From the human T2T-CHM13v2.0 reference genome, Homo sapiens, in the NCBI RefSeq assembly GCF_009914755.1, contig NC_060942.1: a stretch of 64,000 nt of DNA; one strand, written 5' to 3'. The first letter of the stretch is position 1; every line of letters starts with the position of its first letter. Below are positions 50,944-64,000 of this stretch, in pieces. Below the pieces are notes generated by a model. That model was given only the letters and a program-made list of their open reading frames with translations. It had not been told where the DNA came from and ran no database searches. Both the position numbers and the translations under genes were made by a program.

Positions 50944-51683
50944 CAGGCGTAGTCTGCGAGTGGTTCATGATACGCGTGGAAGATGCCGCTTTGTTCTCAG
51001 AGTGTGTTTTCAGTGGCGTGTACTTGGATCGTCTGTGAAATGAACCTCGTGTTGGGAAGGCTGTGTAGACGCGGCCATTCGCCGTTGGAAGGGCATCTTG
51101 CCAGTAGAGCTGTTCCCTTTCTTCTATGTTTAGGTAAAAACCTGCCGTAGAAATTTGCGAGACGCCGGATAGTTCCCAGGCCCTGTAACTGAAGCAGCTC
51201 AGAAATGTTCATCCGGGCGAGGTGGAGAAGGAACTCCTGCTAGTGCCAAATGTTTTTGCTCAGAGGAATATCCTGGGTGAGGCTCTGGCCACACACACAG
51301 TCACACGCCATTTGACAATCATCTGGCGAGGAAACGTGTGGAAACCCACAGGTTCTCACCGTCTCTCCCCGCTTCTTAAAGCTGCTCTTCCCCTTTTCCC
51401 CACCAAAGCTCCCTACTTCACGTTTGGGTGGGAAAATATTACCTGGCCATGAGTTAAAATATGAAACTTGGAACTTCTACAGTAATTATTGTTCTCATCT
51501 TTCAGGAACATTTTTCATTTAGGACTTTATAAAATGCAAGAATTCTGATTTCTTTTGCTCAGAGGTGTACAGATTGAGTTAAAGGACTAGGGAAGTCATC
51601 ACCACCTAAAGCGATTAGTAAGCATCTATCCCCCAGTTTTCTGCGTTTGACAATATCTGAAGTGAGCCTGAGAACGTCGTCGA

Positions 51684-51850
51684 AGGTCCCGCGTGGGGTG
51701 GCGTGAGGAGAGCACAGAGGCCGGCGTTTGGGGGAGCTGGGAGGAGACCTCACAGGCATCAGGAGCCCTCGGCTCTCCGAGTAGGGGAGGTCCCGCGTGG
51801 GGTGGCGTGAGGAGAGCACAGAGGCCACTGTTCTGGGGGGAGCCCTCAGC
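51684..51850. repeat. About 104-bp-period local duplication
   Basis: AGGTCCCGCGTGGGGTGGCGTGAGGAGAGCACAGAGGCC at 51684 and 51788. Confidence 0.85.
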
Positions 51851-52914
51851 TCTCAGCAAGTAGGGGAGAGCTGGTTAAGCCCTTGCTTTTCTCCAACTGG
51901 CCCCAGTCGGGGCCTAACAGAGCCTTGGACTGTTCAACCCGGAGGCGGCCAGCACGCGCCCTTCGCTTCCCTCTGCCGAAGCGGGCGGAGCTGTCCACCC
52001 AGAATGCACTGGAAGCTCTTTCTTGGTTTCAAAGTGACTTTGTGAAACCTCCTTGGTTGTCCTCAACCCCAGTAACAGAATATTCCAAAATTATGAATGT
52101 ATACAGTGATGGTTTCTGCAGAAGAGGTTGAGCTTCTGCGAATAACCCTCTTAGTGTTTGTGCCTTTTAGGTTGATTTTGAGTAATTAGAAAAATGCACC
52201 CACAGGCTGATTTCCAGCCAGAGGTTCTGCCTGTCGGGGGGAAAAGCTGTTGGGCAGTTACGTGTGCCACCCTCGTGTACACCAGAACCAAGACTGCGTT
52301 TTCCTGGAAAGCTAAGAGAGAGGTCAGCTTCGGGAGGCAGTGGAACTACCTTCCTGGTCTTTGCTGGCCTCTAGCACGCGGTCCTCGGTGACCGAAATCC
52401 TGGGGGAACCTTAGGGATGGGGCGTTTTCTGAGACTCAGCCAGAGGCAAAGCAGCCGCATCTGCGCGTAAGATCACGTTTGCTTTGCTCCTGAGCAGAGA
52501 CTGGGTGGCACAAAAGTAATATGAGTATCAAGTTTCCCCTCAGAGCCAAGTGGAGCCCAGGAAAGACCCAAGTGCTTGAGCTTCCGGCCCTGGCAAGGGC
52601 ATCTTGTTATATGGACAGCCTGGGGCCCCTTGCCCCAGCATTCCCCTCCCCACCCGGGACGCACCCTGGCCCCGCTTCTAGAGAAGGACCCAAAAAATCA
52701 GCTGTTTCCGCCAGTTCCGCCACGTTCCCCACATGGCGTCCTGACCAGTGACATCACCGGAGGCTGTCTCGTCTCAACGTGAATATTTTTAAAAATACGT
52801 CCCGTGTTGAAATTAACAAGCTACACCTGAGTGAGTGTTTGGAGCGCGCTCAGGGTGCGCTGACGCCGAGATAAAATAACCTCTTTAAGAGAAGCCCCGG
52901 ACCAGCTTTGTGGG

Positions 52915-53485
52915 TTTTTTAACATTGTAAATTCACCTAAGATTAAAGCAACCGCTTTAAAACGTGTGGTTCTGTGGTGTACGTTCACAAGGTTGTGTGG
53001 CCGCCATCTTTATGTCCACGATATTTTTGCCACACCCGGAGAAACCCCCGTGGCCTTGGGAGCTGCTCCCCGTCTCCTCCCTGGGACCTCGGGTTCACAC
53101 ATCTCTGGGTGTGCCTGTCCGGGCATTTCATGCCAACGGAATCATGAACGTGGGGCCCTCTGCGGCTGGCGTCTTCCCCGTAGTGTTTCTGAAGGTCATG
53201 TGTTTCCCAAGGTCATCCATGTGGTCACGTGGGTCAGTATTTCCTCCCTTTTTATGACCAAGTCACGTTCCCCAGCTGATGGGGACCCCACGTCGTGCTG
53301 GTCCTTTGTCAGCTGGCGGACACGGTGGCTCCCACCTCCTGGCCATTGTCAGCCGCGCTGCTGTGAACGTTGGTGTTCTGAATTTTGTTCAGGTCCCTGT
53401 TTTCAATTCTTTGGGGCATATTCCCTGGGAGTAGAACTCCTGGGTATTACGGTCATTGTACGTTTAACTTTTTGAGGAACTGTTT
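52915..53485 (-). mobile_element. L1M (L1MB-like) 3'-end fragment, antisense
   Basis: TTCACAAGGTTGTGTGGCCGCCATC...GCTGCTGTGAACGTT...GTAGAACTCCTGGGT...GTTTAACTTTTTGAGGAACTG resembles a reversed L1M 3' UTR. Confidence 0.75.
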
Positions 53486-53649
53486 TCTCCTCCTCAGTTT
53501 TTAAATTACCCATCCCTAAGACAGATCCTGGCTCACTAACCTAATTTGGAATCACATATGTGAAGCACATCATATTTATAATTATTTATGCCAAAAAAAT
53601 TAAGTTAGGTAGAAGATGACTAAACGTTCATTTATACCAAAGCAGAAAG

Positions 53650-54495
53650 CAGACCCCCCAGCTGACCCCGCCTGCAGCCCTCCGGCCAACCCCTACCCTG
53701 TGCCCGCCTGCAGCCCCTCCAGCCAACCCCCACCCTGTGCCCGCCTGCAGCCCCTCAATGCCTGCCCCTAGCTTCCCCAGCAGACCCCTCCGGTGTCCGC
53801 CTGCAGTCCCCGTGGCTGTCCCCTGTGCCTGCGTGCAGCACCCCTCGGCAGACCCTCCTGTCTCCGCCTGCAGCCCCCCGCCCCCCGGCAGACCCTCCTG
53901 TCTCCGCCTGCAGCCCCCCGCCCCCCGGCAGACCCTCCTGTCTCCGCCTGCAGCCCCCCGCCCCTCGGCAGACCCTCCTGTCTCCGCCTGCAGCCCCCCG
54001 CCCCCCGGCAGACCCTCCTGTCTCCGCCTGCAGCCCCCCGCCCCTCGGCAGACCCTCCTGTCTCCTCTTGCAGCCCCCCGCCCCCCGGCAGACCCTCCTG
54101 TCTCCGCCTGCAGCCCCCCGCCCCTCGGCAGACCCTCCTGTCTCCTCTTGCAGCCCCCCGCCCCTCGGCAGACCCTCCTGTCTCCTCTTGCAGCCCCCCG
54201 CCCCCCGGCAGACCCTCCTGTCTCCGCCTGCAGCCCCCCGCCCCCCGGCAGACCCTCCTGTCTCCGCCTGCAGCCCCCCGCCCCTCGGCAGACCCTCCTG
54301 TCTCCTCTTGCAGCCCCCCGCCCCCCGGCAGACCCTCCTGTCTCCTCTTGCAGCCCCCCGCCCCCCGGCAGACCCTCCTGTCTCCTCTTGCAGCCCCCCG
54401 CCCCCCGGCAGACCCTCCTGTCTCCGCCTGCAGCCCCCCGCCCCCCGGCAGACCCTCCTGTCTCCGCCTGCAGCCCCCTCCAGCAGACCCCCCCG
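53650..54495. repeat. 40-bp C-rich minisatellite, about 16 homogeneous copies (53849-54490) plus a degenerate 5' flank
   Basis: CAGACCCTCCTGTCTCC(GCC/TCT)TGCAGCCCCCCGCCCC(C/T)CGG units. Confidence 0.96.
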
Positions 54496-55689
54496 CCTTG
54501 GGTTTCCGCCAGGACCTAAATGCAGTGTCTGAGTTGCCGCGACAGTGCCCACAGAGCCCCAGATGACACGCGTTCATTTTACTTCACATATAAATTAGAG
54601 AAAAGAGTCTTGGTGAGGACGTCGGTGCTGAGACGAAATCGCGCCAGTGAACGTGTTTCATGAGGAAAGCGGCTTCTGCCGACATCTATGCAGCGATTTT
54701 CCTGCTGACCCTAGAACTCAGCATCCCGACCTTTCTATAAACACAGCTGCAGAGCCACTTGGCCTTTTCCAGATTGTGTCGTCAGAAAGCGACTACTATC
54801 TCCACGTGGCTGTTCTCTCTGGGATCGACGAGTTTTTCAGCACGGGGGACTTGGGTCCCATCTTCCCAGCAGGACAGAGCGGAGTGGCTCCTTCCTCAGA
54901 GTGCGGCCGGAGGGCGGATGCGCTGCCGCTGCTGTGAATAGTTTAATTCAAAGAGCACTTTTGTGTCCAGCAGGCATTGCCCTTTTCCCAAAAAGGAGGG
55001 AAATGTTCACGAACATCTATTCTGGGGCAGCCTGAGTCCCATCCGGACGACGGGGAGCTGGGGGTGATCTGGGTCCCATCTGGATGGGGAGGAGCTGGGG
55101 GTGATCTGGGTCCCATCCAGACAGGGGGAGATGGGTGATTCAGGCCCACAGCACTCAGCCTCTCATGGGCCATTTCCCCTCCTTGCCATGCCCACTTTTC
55201 CGACCTGGGCATTAGGTGCACGGTCTGGGCTCCCACTGCACCCCCTACGGCTTTTCCCAGCCGAGAATCTGCAGAGGTGCATTTTCCAAACTGCATGTTT
55301 GTTTCTGAGTGGTCTGCTGGCTCCACAGACCCCTGGTAGTGTGTATGTTGCCTTACGGGGTCCCTGGGTAGCACAAACACCACGCCACTCTCACGCTGCC
55401 CAGCACAGATGTGGGGACAGGTCCTACCCAGAGGCAAAGCAGGCCCCCAGTGGCACCATTGGAACGCTGTCCGTGCGGCGTGGCTGTGGGCTCTCAGCAG
55501 ACACCTCACCCTCTCTGCGGTGGGGGTGTCTGTGCCTTCTTGGGTGTGGTTCTCATGGGAGACAGCTGCGCGCTGAGCCCTTCCCGCAGACAGCATGATA
55601 CACTCACTCACTGGGTTTGGGGTTAGCACTGTTTTCCTGGCAGGGGGTCCTGCCTACCCACGGATCTCAGCCTCCAGGATGGGACTGTG

Positions 55690-55810
55690 GCGAAGGAGGC
55701 ACCCCTTCAATTCTCCAGATGAGGAAATTGAGGCTGGAAAGGGGAGTGTTTCCCTGAAGGTCGGGGGTGGCAGATCTTGCCTCACAGCTGTGTGAGTGGC
55801 ACTGGGCATC
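55690..55810 (+). mobile_element. MIR fragment
   Basis: TTCTCCAGATGAGGAAATTGAGGCT resembles the MIR core. Confidence 0.55.
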
Positions 55811-55904
55811 AGCTGAGGGAGGGAGCCCACCTTGGCATCCCCAGAAGGGGGGTTGTTGAGAGCCCCGGAGCTGGGTGGGCACTTGGTCTCTGCAGACGTC
55901 TCAC

Positions 55905-56050
55905 AGGCACCTCCGGATCTCAGCACCTCCAGGTCCCAGCACCTCCAGATCTCAGCACCTCCGGATCCCAGCACCCCTGGGCCCCAGCACCCCCGGATCC
56001 CAGGACCTCCGGGTCCCAGCACCTCCGGGTCCCAGCACCTCCAGGTTCCA
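55905..56050. repeat. 16-17 bp tandem repeat
   Basis: CAGCACCTCCGG(A/G)TC(C/T) units. Confidence 0.85.
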
Positions 56051-56867
56051 ACCACCCATGTGTCTCTCCACACATTCCAATTTGCCCACAATTCTCAGGG
56101 CTCAGATTCACAGCAATCCTAAAACTGTTAGCAAATTCTCTGAGATGCTGTTTCCATGGAAGGCCACTATAAGCGGGTTCTATTCCAACCGATAAACGAT
56201 TAGTAATTTTTTAATGTCCAGTAAAAAAGAGGGTTGAGTTGAAATACTCCTTAATTAATGGAACAGTATAATTAGTGGCCTAACTTTAAATGATAGCTTT
56301 CTGGAGCTCCTTTGGGGATTTAGTTTCAGCCTGTGAATAGGAGAGTTACAAGACAGAGTGAACTCAGGAATCCTTTTTGAGAATTGCCTCTCACGCTCTA
56401 ATGTCTAAGCAGGTCTAAGTCACGCTGGAACCTTCTTCCCAAATCCTTCTCTTCCCTTCACAGCCTCCTAAATCTCTTCCTCCCTTTCTTCCCTGCTCTT
56501 ATCACTCTCCTGGCCTTTAAAATCTAAACTGACAGTAGGTGCAGGAAAACAATGAGAGTGGAAAAACCGATCAAGTCAGGGATGGAGACCCCCGTTCCCT
56601 TCGCCGCGTTGCCCGACAGTCGCCACCCCACACCCGAGGGGTCGGTGAGCAGCACGGCCCCTTCCTCTAACGTGTCTGTCTGGTTCCGGCTCCAGAGTAA
56701 CGCCAGCCTCAGAATGAGGTGGGAAGTGCCTCCTCTTGGCTTCTGGAAGAGTCTGTGTAAAACTGGTGTGGTGGAGTTCATGAAGTCATTTGGGCCTGAA
56801 GTTTTCTCTGCAGGAAGATTGCTAGTTACTAATTCCTCTAATAGATACAGTGTTCATTGTGTTTTGA

Positions 56868-57122
56868 CGTTTATGTCTTCGGTAGTCGATGTCCTTTAGA
56901 ATGTGTTTATGTCCTTGGTAGTCGATGTCCTTTAGAATGTGTTTATGTCTTTGGTAGTCGATGTCCTTTAGAATGTGTTTATGTCTTTGGTAGTCGATGT
57001 CCTTTAGAATGTGTTTATGTCTTTGGTAGTCGATGTCCTTTAGAATGTGTTTATGTCTTTGGTAGTCGATGTCCTTTAGAATGTGTTTATGTCTTTGGTA
57101 GTTGATGTCCTTTAGAATGTGT
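56868..57122. repeat. 36-bp minisatellite, 7 copies
   Basis: TGTTTATGTCTTTGGTAGTCGATGTCCTTTAGAATG units. Confidence 0.95.
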
Positions 57123-58138
57123 CCATTTCATCCAGCTGGATAACATATCAGCATAAAGGTGTCTGCGGGTCCTTTGCTATCCTCCAGCATGCGCAGAACC
57201 AGATGGCGTCCCCTCTCTCGCTCGTGACCTGGGCCATGTGCGTCGTCTCTTTTTTCCTGACCATTCTGGTGGGAAGTTTATCAATTTTGTTGATCCTTTC
57301 AAAGAACCGGCTTCTGATTGCAAATATCATAAACTCTGATATTTATTATTTTTTTACATTTGCTTACTTGGAATTTCATTTTCATTATCTAGATTTTTAA
57401 GGTAAACTCTGAGGTCATCGATCTGAAACTTTCTTCTCTTCTGATATAGGCACGTAGTGTTATAAGGTGCCCTTCATACTGCTTTAGCTCCATCCCACAA
57501 ATGTGGTTTGTTTTCACTTTATTAAATTCAAAATCCTTTCTAATTTCCACTTGACTGCTTCTTCGACCTACTGAGAAGTGTTGAGTTTTCAAATATTTGG
57601 GAATTTCCAGGTTTTCTAACTTAATTCCATTATTGTTCAGAGAATGCACTTTATATGATTTTGGTTTTTATATGCATTAAGACTTGTTTCATGGTCCAGA
57701 ATGGAGGCTGTCTTGCTAACGTTCCCGAGTGCATGATAAAAATCTGTCTTCTGTATTACTGGGTGGAGTGTTCTTAGAATTTCAGTGAAGTCAAGCTGCC
57801 CGGTGCTGGTGTTCAGGCCTTTCAGCTCCTGACTGACTTTCCATCTCCTCATTATATCAATCACTATTAAGAGAGAAGAGAGCGGCGTTTTGGCCTCAGA
57901 CTTTAATTTATGGGTTTCTTTCTCCTCGTAGCCCCGTCAGGTTTTCTTCTGTGTATTTTGAAGGTTGGTGATTTGGAATCGTTGAGAGCTCCAAGTTCAT
58001 CAACTCCTTTATCATGAATTTTCTCCCCTTGTCGCTGGTAATACTCTGCTATAAGATCTGCCTGGTCTGATATTGATCAAGCTTTTGATTAGGGTGCATC
58101 GGAGACATTTATTCATTTTCAAACCTTTAACCCGACTA

Positions 58139-58356
58139 TAGACTGAACATTTCAAATTTGAAATTCTAAAATCCAAAATGCCCCCAAATCTGAAACTTTC
58201 TGCTCCAAGGAAATGCTTGTTGGATCATTTTAGATTTCAGATGTTTTGGCTTTGGGATGTTCAACTAGTGTAATGCAAATATTCCAAAACCAGAAAATAT
58301 CTGAAATTCAGAACAGTTCTGGTCCTAAGCATTTGGGGTAAGGGAAACTCAGCCTG
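58139..58356. mobile_element. Tigger4/MER46 (Zombi)-type non-autonomous DNA transposon
   Basis: Ends TAGACTGAACATTTC... and ...GGTCCTAAGCATTTGGGGTAAGGGAAACTCAGCCTG resemble CAGGTTGAG-type TIRs. Internal AAATCCAAAATGC/TCTGAAA motifs, with TA on the left flank. Confidence 0.75.
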
Positions 58357-58611
58357 GATATCTTTATATACAAAGTGGGTTTCTTGCAGGCATCTAGTCT
58401 GGTCTTACTTGTTGTATAATCTCATCATCTCTGCCTCCGAGAGGGGTGTTTTAGACTATTGCACTTAATCTAATTATTGATCATGTTAGATTTAGAGCTA
58501 TGCTCTTCTTGTTTTTCATTTGATCCAATACCTGTTTCCCCTTTCCTGCCTTCTTTTGGATTACGTCAAGTATTTTTATGATACCCCTTTTTCTCCTTTG
58601 TTGGTGTCTGA

Positions 58612-59067
58612 GCTATGTCTCTATATCCCTATGTCTCTATATCTCTATGTCTTTATATCTCTATCTCTCTATCTATATCTCTCTATATATATCTCTCTAT
58701 CTCTATGTCTCTCTATCTCTCTATATCTCTATCTCTCTATATCATCTCTCTATCTCTATCTGTATCTCTATCTCTCTATCTCTCTATATCACTATCTCTC
58801 TCTCTATCTCTCCCTATCTCTCTCTATCTCTATCTCTCTCTGTCTCTATCTCTATCTCTCTATCTCTATATCTCTATCTCTCTATATCTCTATCTCTCTA
58901 TCTCTATCTCTCTATCTCTATATCTATATCATCTCTCTCTATCTCTCTATCTCTCTCTCTATATCTCTATATCTATATCATCTCTCTCTGTCTCTATCTC
59001 TCTATATCGCTGTATCATTTCTCTATCTCTATATATCACTATATTTCTATCTCTCTCTATCTCTCTA

Positions 59068-59106
<39 letters not shown>

Positions 59107-59118
59107 CTCTCTATCTCT
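58612..59118. repeat. (TCTA/TCTC/TATA) low-complexity tract
   Basis: About 500 bp of TCTCTA-type simple repeat. Confidence 0.95.
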
Positions 59119-59554
59119 TTGTTGTGATACTTTAGTGGTTGCTTTAGAGTTCACAGGTAACCTCTTTGGCTTATCCACAGCCTACCTTTGAGTGCTGTCA
59201 CTACAGGGTGAATAGGATAAGAACCTCCCAAATGCAGACCTCCACCTCCCTGTACCCAGCTTTCATGCAATTGTTATCAAACGTCTTGCATCTGTGTATG
59301 TTATAAATCCACAATGCATTCTTAATATTTTGCTTGAAATAGTCAATTATCTTTTAAAGAGATTAAGTAATAAAAAAAATTACAAACATTTCACGCTTAT
59401 CCCTTCCCAGCACTGCTCACTGTTTTCTGAAGATCAAGATTTCCACTCAGTTTACTTTTCCTGAAGGACTTCCTTTAACGTTCGTGTAGTACAGCTCTGG
59501 GGGTGGTAAATCATTTTGACTTTTGCATATGTGAATCAGCCTTTACTTTGTCTG

Positions 59555-61565
59555 TTTTCTTTTTAATTTTTTTATTTTAAAATAATTATAGATTCATAAG
59601 AAGTTGCCAGAAAAAAAAAGTAGTACAGACAGGTCCTGTTGGAACTTCATGTGTCTCCCCAAAGTGGAAACTGGCATTGGTACCACTTACAGGGCGTATG
59701 TGGATCTCACTAGCTTTACATGCATGTATTTGTGGGTGTGTATAGTTCTATGCAACTTTTTCCTCAAATGTATTTCATGTAACCACCACCAAAGTCAGGA
59801 TACAGAATATTCCATTATGAGATTTCCTGCCCCTCTGGAGCCAAGCCTGTACCCTTCCTCCATCCCCAGCACCCTACAACGAGTCATGTGCTCTCCATAT
59901 TTACAATTTACATCTTAGACCTGCAGTCAGTCTGCAGCCTTTGAGACTGGCTTTTCCTCACTCAGCATAGCTCTCCTGCCACCCACCTGTCACCTGCGTC
60001 TGGCGTTTGCTCCTTTATTTCGTGGCATGGACGTACCACAGTTTGTTTCATGGCGTGGACGTACCACAGTCTGTTTCACCATCCAGTCACCGAAGGACAT
60101 TTGAGTTCTTCTCTTCTTCCCCACATTTTGGCTATTATGACTGAAGCTGCTGTGGACACTGGTGGTGTACAGGGTTTTGGTGAATGCACATTTTTGTTTC
60201 TCTGGGATAAAGGCCCAAGAGTGCAGTTGCTGAGTCATATGTAAGTACATGCTTAGCTTTTCTTAAAACTACCAAACAATTTTCCAGAGTTGCTTTATCA
60301 TTTCACGTTCCCACCAGCAATGCAGGAGTGACTGGTTTTATTTTAGCCGTTCTGACGGGTGTGCGGTAAGACTTTATCACGGCCTAAGCTTGCACCTCCC
60401 TAACGGCTGATGATGCCGGACGCCTTCGCGCACCATTTGCCGTCTCTGGATCTGGACACATCTGGAGCTGGTGAACCTCTCCTGGGGCCTTCTGTCTGTT
60501 TGTTTTTTACTGCCAGGTTTTGAGAGTCCTTATACATCCTAGGTGCAAGCCCTTTGTCAGATACATTTCTCCCCATCTGCAGTTTGTCTTTTCAGTCTCT
60601 TAAAAGGATCTTTAGGAAAGAAAAACTTCAATTTCAATGTGGTCCAATTTTTTATTTTTCCTTTTTCGAGTCGTGCATTTGGTGTCAAGCCTAAGAAGTT
60701 TTCACCCAGCCTCAGGTCCGGAAGAGTTTCTCCTGGACCTTATTCTACAAGTTCTGTAGTCCTGAGCTTTAAGTTTGTGATCCATTTTGAGTTATTTTTT
60801 GTAGAAGATGTAAAACTCAGCCCGAGGGTCCCTTTTCCCTGTGCGTGTCATGTCCAGTTGCTCCAGCTCTGTTTGCAGAACAGCCACGTGTGTGCTTTGG
60901 GCAAGGTGGTGCGGCTCTCAGCGAGGCTCTCTACCCTATTTCCTTGGCCTCCGTGCCTGTCTGTCCCCAGTACCACCCGGTCAGCGTCACCGTTGCCATG
61001 GAGGTCGTGAAATCTAGTGCCGCGATTTCTCTCACTTTATTCTTTTCCAAAATTATCTTAGCTATTCTAGGCCCTGTGTCTTTCCCTATAAATTTTGGAA
61101 TGGGTATGTCTATATCTACAAAAGCACCTTGCCGGGATGTTGGTGGGAACTGTATTTAACCCGTAGACCAATCTGAGGAGCACTGGCACGTTTACTGTCT
61201 CACATCTTCCAGTCCACAAACATGGTACATCTCATATATGTAGCTCTCAAGAAAAGTTTTTCCATCAGCTTTTAAAATTTTCAGCATACAGATACTCCAC
61301 GTGTTTTGTTAGGTTTGTATCTTAGATTTCATTCTCTTTGGACCAAGCGTAAACGGTGTGTTGTTAATTTAGATTTCCGCGTGTGTAGTGTTAGTACATA
61401 GACATGCGATTGACTTTTGTTGGTTGACATTTATCCTGTGAGCTTGCGAATTCACTTATAAGTCCTAGTTTTGCTGTAGATTCCTTGGTTTTCTGTGTAG
61501 ACAATCACGTCATCTACAAATAAGGCCATTTCTTCCATCTTAATCTGTATGCCCGTCCTTCCCTT
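59555..61565 (-). mobile_element. L1M (L1MC-like) 3' UTR and end of ORF2, antisense
   Basis: T-tail, then ATAATTATAGATTCATAAGAAGTTGC, TTCCCACCAGCAATG, AGCCCTTTGTCAGATA and TTAGCTATTCTAGG, typical of reversed L1 3' sequence. Confidence 0.8.
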
Positions 61566-62085
61566 CCTTTCTTTTTGTAGTTTTCAACAAACATGGAAAA
61601 ATGTCAGCCATTCTGTTCCAATATCCTGCCCCCTCCTCCAGCAGCTGCAGCTGCACATGTGTTAAGCTGCTTGACACTGGCCCGCGGTTCATGAACAGTC
61701 TGCATTTCAGACCTTTCCTCTGTTTTTATTTTACATCGTCGCTAGTGCCACGTCTTCAAATTTACTGGCTTTTTCCTTCTGCACCGTCTCATCTGCCATG
61801 GAGCCTGCCCACTACACCTCTCAACTCCAGTGCTGCAGCTTTCCACTCCTGAAGTTTGGTTTGGGAATTTTTATGCCTTCCATTCTCAGCCTCCCCTCTG
61901 ACTCCCTGAATGCGGGAAGATTGTCGTAGTAAGTGTTCTACTGTCTTGTGGCTAACTCTTCATCTGCTCCGTTCACCGTTGGTTTAACTGATTCAATTTT
62001 CTTCTTCTAGGTTGTACTCTCCTGCTTCTTTGAATGCTGCTAATTTCTGATCAGATGCTAGACATTGTGAGTTCTGCCTCATTCT

Positions 62086-62178
62086 CTTGAGCTTTGGAAG
62101 GTGTTGATCTTGAGCTTTGGAAGGTGTTGATCTGGAGCTTTGGAAGGTGTTGATCTTGAGCTTTGGAAGATGTTGATC
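62086..62178. repeat. 23-bp tandem repeat, 4 copies
   Basis: CTTGAGCTTTGGAAGGTGTTGAT units. Confidence 0.92.
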
Positions 62179-63786
62179 CTTTTGGGTCATCCTTGCTTTT
62201 TGGCTTCATCAGGTGGGACCTGAGCAGTGTTTAGTCTCCAACTAATTTTTCACACTGTGAAGACAAAGCCCTTCTCAGGACACTGCCTGGTGCCTTGCGA
62301 GTGTTTCCACTGTGGACAGCGGGATGAGGGCTACTCCCGGCTCTGAGTGAGACCCCATGTTGCTCCCCGAAGCCTCTTGGGCTGGTCAACCCTTGACTGA
62401 AGACTCGGGGCTCCCCTTGCAGATCCCAGAGCCCTCCCTCCGGGCAGCTCTCCTCGCTGGAGATCCAGCCTGAGACCTCCAGCCTCTGTTTCCTCCTTGG
62501 ACTTGGCTCCTTCTCCTCAGCCCTGCCTGGGGCCTCTCCCTGCACTGGGGCTGGAACCCACGCCCGCCGTGCACTGGGCCCCACCTTGTTTGCCCGCCCT
62601 CCTCAGGGACCACGGTCTCTCGGTGCCTGGTGTCTGATGCCTAACACAGGTTTCAGATATTCTGTCCATTTTTTAACTTGTTTTCATGGAAGAGTAAATC
62701 TGGTCCCTGTTAGTCCTTCTTGGCTGAAAGCGTAAGTTCTGATGCTGATGTCTCAGAGCTTCCTTGGCCAAATTTGAGTCAGTGCAGTAGTCAATCTTCC
62801 ATTGTCCCTGCATTTTACACCATACAACAATAATGCTATTCAAATAAAAACTGCGTGTCTAGCCAAGAGAGAGGCTTGTGATCACCAGCTCTGCCTCAGG
62901 GCCTCCTGTAACTTTAATCGGAAGGGAAAGCATCAGAGGTTGAAAAACAGCTTTGGCTGCCAAATGTGCCTTTACCTGGAGGAAAAACAAAAGAATCCTG
63001 GGGAAGACAGAGGAGGTTTTCACAGTTTTTAAAACAGCAATAGGGAAACAAAAATGTATCCATGTCCAGCTGGCGTGGGAATCCCCCACTCCTCCCACAC
63101 AGTTCGGGGTGTCGGGGTGGCTGTCAGTGTCCTGGGAGCTCCCCTCTTCCCTTCCGCCGCCTCCACCCAGCCGCACTGCACTTTCTCATCCTGATGTCCC
63201 CACACGCTGCTGCCTGGCTCGGCCACTGCCTCTCCAAGGCTACACTGCTTTGCAGGGAGGGCCACTACCAGCCACCTCCCGCAGCATGGAACCTGGAGAC
63301 TGACCACGGAACTGCCTGTGTGTGTCTACCCAGAAAATGAGGGTCGCTGAATTCACGGATGGTTCTAATTTTTGTGTCTTCATGGACTGTACCTGGAAAC
63401 CTTATTAACTGAGACTACCTTAATTTGGAATTTGGAATAATTGGAACTTAACGATGATTTGGCTGGATTCAAGTTTACCTTCTGACTTTCTAGTGAGAAG
63501 GGGGTTTGCCAAGCAATTTAATCTCTTAAAACAAGAATGCAAGTGTTTCCTCATGGGAGCATTTTAAAGACTTTCAGAATACTCATTGTTTGCATGCAAA
63601 TAAGGCTGCTAATTATGAGATTTTTTTTCCTTTTCATTGGAGGTCCCAGCAGGACCTGACTTGAAAATGTGCTATTAGCAATTAGTTCTTGTAATGACAT
63701 AGACTTGAAAGAAATAAAGGAAAAATTTTTTAAAAACCCTCTAATATAGACTTTTCACAAATTTAGACACCACTTAATCTAGATTA

Positions 63787-63935
63787 TAACAGCTAATGTC
63801 TGTAGCTCAACTATGGTTGTCAGAGTATTTTTCAAATGTGTGCTACCTCATTTGATCCTCAAAGCTGCTCTGAGAGGGAAACGAGGCATGTCACATACCC
63901 AGTCTACAGGTGAAGGCACTGACAGGGTTAAGGTG
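63787..63935 (+). mobile_element. MIR fragment
   Basis: AACAGCTAATG...CTCATTTGATCCTCA...CTGAGAGG...TACAGGTGA resembles MIR. Confidence 0.55.
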
Positions 63936-64000
63936 CGGGCTGCAGGACCTTCTCACTGTGTTAATAGGTTGTTCCATCCGTCCATCCATCCACGCACCTA

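Larger units (their letters stand above)
56660..59535 (-). mobile_element. Old L1M ORF2/ORF1-region fragments, antisense
   Basis: T-rich sequence. Minus ORFs give L1 ORF2 peptides (SRFFERINKIDKLP, NNNGIKLE, LDFTEILRTLHP). Interrupted by a VNTR, a MITE and a simple repeat. Confidence 0.8.

Noticed and set aside
58520-59191. Hydrophobic Leu/Ser/Tyr/Ile ORFs resembling membrane proteins
   Set aside because: Translation of a TCTA/TCTC simple repeat.

Overview
Primate (almost certainly human, 18q23 subtelomeric) genomic DNA holding the 3' end of NFATC1 on the + strand. It contains the end of the preceding intron, the 690-nt penultimate coding exon (7929-8618), which has an internal alternative donor at 8311/8312, and a 40.5-kb last intron (8619-49147). 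The last exon follows (coding 49148-49197, 3' UTR to about 50943, AATAAA at 50919), then about 13 kb of repeat-rich downstream DNA. The rest is GC-rich non-coding sequence with a very high load of minisatellites, several Alus (one nested, one apparent trimer), an old sense-strand L1M interrupted by a Tigger1 transposon and a 57-bp VNTR, and antisense L1M fragments. Almost all long ORFs in the supplied track are artefacts of GC-rich tandem repeats. I found no evidence of a new biological system or of foreign DNA. The most interesting signals are the dual reading of the first bases of the last exon, minisatellites born inside L1 fossils, and motif-dense repeat arrays and candidate enhancers in the introns. 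Repeat-family names and NFATC1 residue numbers come from recalled knowledge, not from a database search.
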